A DNA stretch of 53,092 nt, from NCBI GenBank assembly GCA_016839765.1, contig JAEOTP010000004.1, forward strand, positions 1 to 53,092, given 5' to 3'. The DNA comes from Promethearchaeota archaeon (GTDB lineage: Archaea; Asgardarchaeota; Lokiarchaeia; Sigyniarchaeales; SOKP01). The notes under the pieces were generated by a model, which was not told the DNA's origin, ran no database searches, and was given only the letters and a program-made list of their open reading frames with translations. Of this stretch, positions 8,118-17,100 are shown one piece after another (positions within the stretch are counted from its first letter, which is position 1; every line of letters begins with the position of its first letter). Both the position numbers and the translations under genes were made by a program.

Positions 8118-9035
8118 TTAACTATTTACGATTTTTAAAGCAATTCCTAAAGCTCTAATGCCATCATCTAAATCAACCAGTAATTCTTTATCATAAAGAA
8201 AATTAACAATCTCCCTTCTCAATGGTTCGTCTTCTCTTAGTGGAGAATATTTAATATCCTGTGTTACAGGCCAATCTCCTTGTAAATCAATTCCTTTGCG
8301 AATATTGATTTCCTGGGTTATAAAGTCAACTATGATCCCCCCAAATTCTCCATTTACATACATCCTACGGAACTTAGAGGGTGTTAGCCAATTAGATTCT
8401 ATTTGACCAATTGCTGTCCCAAAATCTAAAATTATAAATGCAGCATCAGCGTGTACATTATCTTTAAAACACTTTTTCACACCAAAAGCATTGATGATTT
8501 TATTTTTTCCAATTAATCTCTCTTGTAAATAGATATCATGGATCGATAAATCAAGTATTACTCCCATATCCCAATCTCTCTTTGGATACAATCCTATACG
8601 TTTTGAAGCTATTGAGATGATTTCTCCTATTTCAGAAAGATGGTTTATTAACTTATTATAAACAGGATTAAAAAGTTCAATAAAACCAGGCATAATTCGA
8701 ATATCTGCGTATTTTTTGAAAGCAACAAGATCGTCCAAATTTAATGCCATTGGTTTTTCTATTAAAATGTCAATCCCTTCATCAGCAAACTTTTTTGCGA
8801 TAAAAGGAATCTGCTTTGGTGGAGTAACTATACTTACTGCCTTAATATCCTCATTTTTAATCATATCATTAATATCTAAATAGGTATTTACATCATCATA
8901 AATTTCCCCAATATTCTCTAACTTTTTTGTATCATTATCGCAAATACCGACAAGATTGGAAAGACTATAAAAATTACGAATGTGTGCTCTGCCAAACCAG
9001 CCCGCACCGACCACAGCAGTGTTTTTTTTCTTCAT
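8118..9035 (-). CDS. Gfo/Idh/MocA family oxidoreductase (UDP-sugar 3-dehydrogenase-like)
   Basis: GAGWFGRAH Rossmann motif, IEKPMA, GFIELFNP, DLSIHD, NWLTP; ATG at 9035 preferred. Confidence 0.88.
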   Translation of the reverse strand: MKKKNTAVVGAGWFGRAHIRNFYSLSNLVGICDNDTKKLENIGEIYDDVNTYLDINDMIKNEDIKAVSIVTPPKQIPFIAKKFADEGIDILIEKPMALNLDDLVAFKKYADIRIMPGFIELFNPVYNKLINHLSEIGEIISIASKRIGLYPKRDWDMGVILDLSIHDIYLQERLIGKNKIINAFGVKKCFKDNVHADAAFIILDFGTAIGQIESNWLTPSKFRRMYVNGEFGGIIVDFITQEINIRKGIDLQGDWPVTQDIKYSPLREDEPLRREIVNFLYDKELLVDLDDGIRALGIALKIVNS

Positions 9036-9163
9036 TAATCTCAATAAAACTTGTTCTATTATAGAATAATTGCTGTTAAAATAAGAATTTTATGAAGTAA
9101 AAATTTAGATTTTATGCGTTCTATAGAGAAAAGAATTTTCAATTCTTAATTAAAAACACATAA

Positions 9164-9493
9164 TTATTGAAATTGAACGGCTCGAACTCTTTGAATACCA
9201 ATGGTAATCATAACTATGCTTATTCCATGGAATATTAATATGGGTAGAATCAATGTAAAGTTTATATTTATTCTGTAATAACTGTCAAAAATGACCTGCA
9301 AAATTGCTATTAATGATGAGATAAAGAATATAACTCCAAAAAAACTTATACAAACCCCAGATGTAAGTTTTAGTCCTTTATCCATGCTAACTCCATGTAC
9401 ACAGTCTATACACTTTTTTTCAAAAAATTCAAAATCTTCCTCCGAAATTTCTTGACCACAATTCGTACAATAAGGCATTAGATTCCTTTCCAT
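9164..9493 (-). CDS. Small zinc-ribbon membrane protein (CTNC...CIDC, 2 TM)
   Basis: N-terminal CxxC pair and two hydrophobic helices. Confidence 0.7.
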   Translation of the reverse strand: MERNLMPYCTNCGQEISEEDFEFFEKKCIDCVHGVSMDKGLKLTSGVCISFFGVIFFISSLIAILQVIFDSYYRININFTLILPILIFHGISIVMITIGIQRVRAVQFQ

Positions 9494-9621
9494 TAAAGAA
9501 AATTAGATATTATTGATGATCAAATGCTTTAAGATATTATTTAAATATATCGCTCGATTATCAAAAAAATCAAGAAATTAGACTTGTTGTTCCTATTTAA
9601 CTTTAAAAAGAATAATAAAAA

Positions 9622-9747
9622 TGGTCCCCCCTCCCGGACTTGAGCCGGGGACCTCACGGTTTCGGCTGACGTATTTTCATAGGTAAAAACCTTAATACGC
9701 GATTATATCTACAGCCGCGCGCTCTAACCGGACTGAGCTAAGGGGGG
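9622..9747 (-). tRNA. trnY: tRNA-Tyr(GTA) with 48-nt intron at 37/38 (intron 9661-9708); CCA encoded
   Basis: Acceptor CCCCCCT/AGGGGGG plus A73 CCA (C1-G72, archaeal Tyr identity); D-arm; anticodon stem CGCGG/CCGTG with GTA at 9710-9712; T-stem CCCGG/CCGGG; mature length 78 nt. Confidence 0.95.
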
Positions 9748-9998
9748 TAATCAATATACTATGTAATTATCGAATTAATATAATTTTTACGATTTTAGCT
9801 GAGAAATCACAATATTTTAGGAAATTAATATTTTGTAAAAAGAAGATTTTTCAATCTATCTATTTTTAATAATTTATACGAATTAATATAAAAACTCATG
9901 TTTTCGCAATATTTTTTAAAGAATAGTTAAACTAATTATTTAACCAAAAATTTTATTTATTTAATATTTGTAATTCAACCCAATAAAGTGTATGTAGA

Positions 9999-10508
9999 GT
10001 GAGAGAAGAAACTGACTATGCTGAAGCATTAGAAGCCTATAAGGACGATCAATTCGTTATCATTGAACCTTGGGGGCGCAGTATTGACCATTTAAGGCTA
10101 ACCATTCTAGGCAAGGAAGGAACGCCATATGCTAAGGGCAGGTTTGTATTTGAAGTTAAATTTCCAGACAATTATCCTTTTGCCCCTCCCTATGCTTACG
10201 CCGTTACATTAATGTGGCATCCCAATATCGATTCCTCAATCCCTCCTGGGAAATTGAATATTTGTTTAGATTTGATCAATCCTGATCTTGTCGGAAAAGT
10301 TGATGCTGGAACAGGAGCTTCTGGATGGACACCAAGTAAAACCCTTACCAACATCATAGAAGCCTTGAAGATGATGATGCATTTAGATCCTCCTTTCTTT
10401 AATCCTGGGGATCCTTTAAACCATGAAGCCGGCGAACAATATTTTAGAGCCCTTAAGAAATTCGAAGCAAAGGCGGCTTCTTGGACAAAGAAATATGCTA
10501 TGGATTAA
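9999..10508 (+). CDS. Ubiquitin-conjugating enzyme E2 (UBC fold)
   Basis: GTPYAKGRF, FPDNYPFAPP, WHPNI, catalytic Cys89 (ICLDLI; codon 10263-10265), WTP, DPLNHEA...A..WT.KYA. Confidence 0.93.
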   Translation: MREETDYAEALEAYKDDQFVIIEPWGRSIDHLRLTILGKEGTPYAKGRFVFEVKFPDNYPFAPPYAYAVTLMWHPNIDSSIPPGKLNICLDLINPDLVGKVDAGTGASGWTPSKTLTNIIEALKMMMHLDPPFFNPGDPLNHEAGEQYFRALKKFEAKAASWTKKYAMD

Positions 10509-10603
10509 TTAATTTTTTGTATTTTATATTTCCTATTTTCATTTTTTAAGTTTATAATCCTCTTAACTTAAGTAATTTTAAATAACTACTTGGAACGTAA
10601 TTA

Positions 10604-10816
10604 AATTAGGAAAGATATTTTCTTACTGATATTCAATTATCTCCTGTCAATGCGATATATGATAATCCTATTCACAGAGAAAGCGGAAATTTATCTCGAA
10701 TCGATGGTGAAAAATGTATGGAATATTTTTATAAGACCACAGGGTGTTCTGTGTGCATTCAGGTATGTCCATTCCATAAAATAGGGTATAAAGTAATGCA
10801 TTACTCAAGGTTGTAA
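10604..10816 (+). pseudogene. Remnant of a reductive dehalogenase/QueG-like [4Fe-4S] protein (C-terminus only)
   Basis: 10643-10816 reads PVNAIYDNP...IDGEKCMEYFYKTTGCSVCIQVCPFHK...*; no start codon (TAG shortly upstream); preceded by a frameshifted KLGKIF/LTDIQL. Confidence 0.6.
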
Positions 10817-10901
10817 ATACAATTTACATGTTTATCTAAAAGCTTTTTTGTTAATTCACATTTTATTATTCAATATTTATTTCATTTAGTCAACGCTCAC
10901 A

Positions 10902-11516
10902 ATGAATGATCTTCTCTCTTTTAAAAATAAAAAAGTAATAGTATTTGATTTAGACGGTACAATTGTAAAATTAGCTGCTGATTGGCATTCTTTAAAGGAT
11001 GTTTTAGCAGAAAGATATTCTGAATATTATCAAGAAGAGTGTCAATTTAGAAGCATCTCAGCATGTTTAAGTAATATTATAAAAAGAAATGATGAGGAAG
11101 AACTTAGAAAAAATTTCGAAATTATTAGACAGTATGAATTAGAAAATATAAGGGAAAATGTTCCGATAGAGGAATCTGTTTTTTTCATTAAAAATTTAAG
11201 TTTATTTGGAGTCCAGAAGACTACAAAATTAGCAGTCCTCTCATTAAATACACGAAGAACTATAATAGAATCCTTAAAATTGGCAAATATTTATGAATTA
11301 ATAGATTTTATCGTAGGAAGAGAGGATGTAAGAAAATGGAAACCAGAACCCCAAGGATTATTAAAGATTAAGGAACATTTTGATGTAAAGAAAGAAGAGA
11401 TGGTATTTATAGGGGACTTAGACAATGATTTACTTACTGGTCAAAATGCTGGAATAGATTCCTTCCTTGTCGATGAATTAATAGAACTTGTGAAGGATCT
11501 TAGAAGAAAATCGTGA
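10902..11516 (+). CDS. HAD-superfamily hydrolase (phosphoglycolate phosphatase-like)
   Basis: FDLDGT, KPEPQG, FIGDLDND motifs. Confidence 0.9.
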   Translation: MNDLLSFKNKKVIVFDLDGTIVKLAADWHSLKDVLAERYSEYYQEECQFRSISACLSNIIKRNDEEELRKNFEIIRQYELENIRENVPIEESVFFIKNLSLFGVQKTTKLAVLSLNTRRTIIESLKLANIYELIDFIVGREDVRKWKPEPQGLLKIKEHFDVKKEEMVFIGDLDNDLLTGQNAGIDSFLVDELIELVKDLRRKS

Positions 11517-11558
11517 ATTATCAAAAAGGAAACAAAATTAAATAATAATTTAAAAGAT

Positions 11559-12389
11559 TTAACCTCTATCTGGACCAGCTATAGCAAGTAATCCCTCAGT
11601 ATGAGTAAAAGGCTCACCATATAACATTCTTATTGAATAGAAATATTGAGTGAAATTAAGATATTGAGCTAATTTGAAAGCTCTCTTTACACCTTCAAGA
11701 AGTCCTAATCGAACTTTATTTATGTTTACATTATTTACTAAATTCTGAAGGAGTAATTGCGGTTTAGGTTCTTTTGGGTCAACAATCCAAGGACCAATTA
11801 ATATATAATCCTCTTTTGGAATACCCATTATAAATCCAATTAATTTGTTCTTTCGAATCAGAACATGACATAAATTTGGATGAAGTGAAAATCTCCTTTT
11901 AAGAAGAAATGCTCGATTTCCTTTAAATTGTTTTCGATCCAATTGTATTACTTTATCAATATCTTCTAATGTCATTAAACGCACATTTTCAACTGGTTTG
12001 GAATCTATATTCCCTTCTAATCTTAAAGAACGACAAATAGCTTGAAAACCTAACTTATTATATAAAGATATTATTTGGGGCACGGCATCAAGCAAAATTG
12101 TTCTAGCACCTTTAGATTTTAAGTAATCAATTGCATATTTCATCAGATTTCTTCCAAATCCTTGCCTTCTAAATTTTTTTGCGACAATTAAATTTCCTAT
12201 GACTCCAAATGATCCATAAAATGCAGTAGAAACAATCCCATTAAGTATTCCCTTAGATTCAGAAATAAAAAAACCTTGCGGGGAAAATAGAAAGAGATCT
12301 TCTAACTCTTCTTTAGAAGTCCCCCATTCTTCAATCTCAGTTAGTTTAAGGGCAAAATTTAATTCTTCTCTTGAAATTAGCCTTATCAT
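11559..12389 (-). CDS. Tandem GNAT acetyltransferase (YitH/HolE-like)
   Basis: LIVAKKFRRQGFG acetyl-CoA motif A, LYNKLGF, second GNAT-like domain with IGPW, ends ...RG. Confidence 0.85.
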   Translation of the reverse strand: MIRLISREELNFALKLTEIEEWGTSKEELEDLFLFSPQGFFISESKGILNGIVSTAFYGSFGVIGNLIVAKKFRRQGFGRNLMKYAIDYLKSKGARTILLDAVPQIISLYNKLGFQAICRSLRLEGNIDSKPVENVRLMTLEDIDKVIQLDRKQFKGNRAFLLKRRFSLHPNLCHVLIRKNKLIGFIMGIPKEDYILIGPWIVDPKEPKPQLLLQNLVNNVNINKVRLGLLEGVKRAFKLAQYLNFTQYFYSIRMLYGEPFTHTEGLLAIAGPDRG

Positions 12390-12453
12390 TACTTAAACTT
12401 AAAATTTTATTTGTATTTACAAGGAAAAATGATAAAAAAATAACTTACGGAAC

Positions 12454-14028
12454 TCACATGTAGGTAATAATTATATTATATTTCTTAATTTCTGATTCTA
12501 CCTTCGCTTGCCCTAATGGTGTCAATGTTATAATATCGTTATTCTTTATTTTTAAAGATGTTAATTTAATATTTGGGTCTTTCATAGAAGGGATATACGG
12601 ATTCCAATATATTTCTTTGTTAACCGGATTTGTAATCATCCATAATATTGGTTCTAATTCATGACCGATTATTCTCATGGCTTTAAAAATATATCCGATA
12701 TCAGCATCAAATGGAACAACTATTTGTATGTTTTCCTCACCTTCTATTTTACCACACGCTAAACAATCTTCTCTCTTAATAATGTCAAGGTGATCAAATT
12801 GACCATACACGCCGTTATAATTAACATAGGGAGGATCCATAGGAGGTCCGACATTTCTACCATGTAATCTTAACAATATTTTTAGTGCTTCTTGTGATTG
12901 TATACTTGCTATTACTGAACTAACCGATTGGATCGCAGCAATTTTATTTCCAAGTATATTCTCCATTTCGTCAAACTTAAAATTTGGACCGAATGTTTCT
13001 GTGATATTATTTTTCCAATCTTGAATTTCTTCAAGGCTAAGAGTTTCCAATTTTTCAGGAGGGACATTCTCATTAAAAACTCGTTGTCTTAATGCTTCTA
13101 ATTCCTCCTGGGCAATTTCTATTAACTTTATAACATCATCATCTACGTTCATATCCGGTTTAAATCCGTATTTTTTTTCAAAATTTACTTCAGCTTTTAT
13201 TACACAATGGTTTCTATTCCTAGGTAATCCTTTTAATGTACATGCAGCTACTAACTTATCGTCAGCGGGAGGAATTGGAATAAGGCATCTATAACAAGGA
13301 GTGAAGTTTAAGATTTTTTCAGCATATTTCGCATCAAACTCCTCCTCAACTTGTTTCCGAATGTGGGCTCTTATTGGTTCAATTTTTTCACGTTTAATTT
13401 TCTCAATCAATTCCTCTAAGATTTCAATTTCTTTTAAAGCATCTAGATAATCAGGGCTTTCCACTTCCCACATCTTACTCTCTATAATTTTTTCAATTTC
13501 AATGTCTTTACCTTTATATTCAATTCCAGATCCTTCAGGAATTACAATTTGGACATGCCCCTCAAAACCTACAGTTCCCCCTTCAATCATTGGTTTTTTC
13601 AACCTAAGACATATCTTATTTAAATCTAATCGTGCGTTAAAATTATCTAATGCAGCAATAATTACATCTGATTCTTCATACACGGACATGGGCAACTTTT
13701 GTAGCTTTTCAAAGTAAAAGTCCACTTTTAAATATGGATTCATTTCTTTTAACCGTTCAGCGGCCACTTCTGCTTTAGGGCGTCCTTCATCTCCAGGTCT
13801 AAATAACATCTGCCGGGACAAGTTTGAAGTTTCTATAGTATCTAAATCTATTAAGATTATTTTTCCTATTCCCATTAAAGCAAAATCTTTAGCTATTTCA
13901 CACCCAAGAGCTCCAACTCCAACAATCATTATACATGAACTTTCAAGAGTTTCTTGGTCCCAACCGTCAATTAGTTGCTGCCTTGCATACATTCGAGATT
14001 TTAAAACATCCTCTTTATGTTCCATCAT
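12454..14028 (-). CDS. Ubiquitin-like activating enzyme E1 (UBA2/UBA3-like subunit: adenylation domain, catalytic Cys domain, C-terminal ubiquitin-fold-like domain)
   Basis: YARQ, GVGALG, DLDTIETSNLSRQ, ALDN..AR, Zn motifs CYRC and CLAC, catalytic motif CTLKGLPRNRNHC (Cys263). Confidence 0.9.
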   Translation of the reverse strand: MMEHKEDVLKSRMYARQQLIDGWDQETLESSCIMIVGVGALGCEIAKDFALMGIGKIILIDLDTIETSNLSRQMLFRPGDEGRPKAEVAAERLKEMNPYLKVDFYFEKLQKLPMSVYEESDVIIAALDNFNARLDLNKICLRLKKPMIEGGTVGFEGHVQIVIPEGSGIEYKGKDIEIEKIIESKMWEVESPDYLDALKEIEILEELIEKIKREKIEPIRAHIRKQVEEEFDAKYAEKILNFTPCYRCLIPIPPADDKLVAACTLKGLPRNRNHCVIKAEVNFEKKYGFKPDMNVDDDVIKLIEIAQEELEALRQRVFNENVPPEKLETLSLEEIQDWKNNITETFGPNFKFDEMENILGNKIAAIQSVSSVIASIQSQEALKILLRLHGRNVGPPMDPPYVNYNGVYGQFDHLDIIKREDCLACGKIEGEENIQIVVPFDADIGYIFKAMRIIGHELEPILWMITNPVNKEIYWNPYIPSMKDPNIKLTSLKIKNNDIITLTPLGQAKVESEIKKYNIIITYM

Positions 14029-14137
14029 TTTAAAATGGCAATATTTAATTATAATATGAGTATATTAACATATCAAAAGAATATAAATTCTTTTAGTGTT
14101 ATATTGAAATAAATTATTAATAAATAATAAAGGATAA

Positions 14138-17100
14138 TTACTTCTTCTTCTTTTTAGTTAAATCTTTTAACATTTCTTTAATTTCATCAGCTTTTTCTTT
14201 ATCCCTTGATAACTGTATTTCTTCTCTTTTTTTAGCAGCATCCTCCTTAGATCTCTTAATTTCATTTATAAGTTCTTGCTTTAAATTGATTAATTCCTTC
14301 ATATCTTTTCTGAATTTTTTTGCTGCTTTCTTCTCTATTTCTTTTTCTTCTTTTTGTTTTGATTTCTGTTCTTTAATTTGATTTTTGATTAAATGTGAAA
14401 TTTCACCGGTCATATCGCTTAGTTCGCCAATGGTCCCTTGTATTTTTATCTCGTTTTCCTTTAATCGAATTTCTTCTAAATGTTTTTTACTTACTAATTC
14501 TTCATAAATTTTTTGTATCCTTTTTTCTTCTTCTTTTACTTTTTCTTGGAGTAGTCTAGTATTTTCAATTTCTTTCTCAATAAATTTTGTTTGCTCATCC
14601 CAACCAATTTCGTTAAATTTTGCAATTGCTTGTTCAAAATAATTATAAGCTTTTTCAAAATCGTGATGGATGGCTAAGCGCTTTCCCTCATCTATTAATT
14701 TTAGGCCTTCATCCTTTAGCTGATTGGCATATTGTTGTTGTTGTTTTATTTGGCTCATCTTTTTCTGTTGATCTCTTTTCCTTCTTAAATACTCTTCACG
14801 TCTCTGTCTTATTTCTTCTTGGAATTTTTCATACTCTCTTTGTCTTTTAATTCGTATGTTTTCTTCTCTTTTTTTCTTTTCTATTGAATTTTTCTTTTCT
14901 TGTTCTAAATCCTTTATTAAAATATTAATATTATTTATTTCAGGCTCCCAACCGACCTTTTCAGCTAAAATATTCCTTGCCTGATTATATAAAGAAATAG
15001 CTTTATCATAATCTGGCATTTTCCTCATAAGGTAATTACCTGCTTTTTCTAAAAGAGAATATGCTGCCTCTCTATTGCTTAATTGTTCTTGAACCAACCT
15101 TTCTCGCTCTTGAAGTGCTATTTTTTGTGCTAATTGCTTTTCCCTTTCATATTTTCTTCTTTCTTCGATAAGAACTCTTAATTTCTTTTCTTCTTCAATT
15201 TTTGCTAGTTCTCTTTTTAATTTTGCTTGTTGTTGAACAAATTGCTGTTTTTTAAGATTTTCTACTTTAACTATCATCTCAGTAATAGAATCAGTTGGAA
15301 ATTGTATTTCATTTAAAATTAACATGACTTGTCTGTAAATATTTATTGCCTTATTATAATCCTTTGTTTTAATGAAATGTTCAGCGTCGTCTAAAATTTT
15401 AAATGCTTCTTCTTTCTTTTCTTCCACTGTGGCTTTAACTTTTTCTATTTCTTGAATTTTAATTTTCTTTTCTTTTAGTCTTGCTTTTTCCCTACTTATT
15501 TGCTCAGCTACTTTTTTATTAAATTTTTGCTGCTCTTTTTCTTTTTGAATTTTGATCTCTAATTCCTTTTGTTTCTCTAATTCTTGCTCTCTTGTCTTAT
15601 CGGTGACTTTTAAAATCATTTCTCGTACAGATTCAGTTGGAAATTGAATTTCATTCAAAATTAATTCTGAACTATGATAAAATTCGAGTGCTTTATCATA
15701 TAGAGCTGCTTTTAAAAAGCTTTCAGCTTGGTCTAAAAGATCAAATGCATCTTCTTTTCTTTTTTCCATAAATTCTTTAACAATTTCACGTTTTCTTAGC
15801 TTAATTTGTTTATTTTTTATTTTTTCTTTCTCAAAGTTCATATATTCTACAATTTTTTGCTGAAAAATTTTTTCCTCCTTCTCCTTCCTAATTTCTTGTT
15901 CTAAATCATAATGTCTCGCTAAATCCTTTTCTCTTTTCTTCTCTTGGATATTTAAAATCAATTCTTTAATAGCATCTGTAGGGTACTGAATTTCATTTAA
16001 AACTAATTCTGCTTGGTGATAAAGTTCAATTGCTTGCTCATACAATCCTATATTCAATAAATCCTCTGCTTTATCCATTAAATCAAACGCTTCGATCTTA
16101 AGTGAATTTATTTGTTCCATTATTACTTCTTTCTTTTCGATTTCAATTTTCTTTTCCTTAAACCTTTCCCTTTCTCTCTTCATTTGTTCAGCAAGTTTCA
16201 TTTCAAATTTTCTTTCTTCTTCAATTTGTTTTCTTGCTAGCTCTTTTTCTCTTAGCTTTGCTTTTTCTTTTTCTTCTTTTTTGAAATTAATTTCATTAAT
16301 TGTTTCTCGAATTAATTTTACATATACCCCCTTCCAACCAATACTATTTAATAAATCCAGAGCTTGTTGATATGTTGTCATAGCATCTTCAAATCTTTCT
16401 TGATTCAGTAAAGAATCACCTTTATCAATTAATTTAAATGCTTGATCCTGTTTAGAAAGCTGCTGAGCAGATAACTCTTTTTTTTTAGCCAGTATTTCTT
16501 GTTCTTTTTGCATCTTTTTAATTTCAATTTCTCTTTGGTGCTTTATTCGGTTAAAAAATTTAAAATCTTCCAATTCTTTTTTGACACCTTCCTCAATGTG
16601 CTTTTGTTTCAATAATTCCTTTTCCTTCTTTTTTGTCTCAATCTCCATGATTGCATTATGTATAATAGGGATTTCCTCCTTCCACTGTATCTGTGCAAAA
16701 ATATTAGCAACATTCCTATACGTCTCAATCGCTTCGTTAAATCTACCTAATGAAAGATAATTTTGTGCCTTTTCAATCAGAATAAAAGCCTCCCCTCTCT
16801 TTTGCTCACGATATTCTAATTCTTTATTATTATCTCTTAATTTCAAGGCTTTTTGTTTAAACATTTCCTTTTGTAATTTTAGCTGCTCTACAATATTTAT
16901 CTGAAATTCTTTTTCTCTTCTTTCTCTATCAAGCTTCTTTTGTAGCTCTCCTTGCCTTTTTAAAAGTAGATCCTTTTTTTGATTCTCGATTTCTATTATA
17001 GCATTCCCTATAAATTCTACTTCATCATACCATTGAATTTCTGCAAAGATATTAGCTACAATATGATAATATTCAATTGCTTTATCAAAATTAGCTTCAT

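Noticed and set aside
13300-13540. Intein within the E1 insertion
   Set aside because: No N-terminal Cys/Ser block and no C-terminal His-Asn; the segment looks like a charged helical hairpin.
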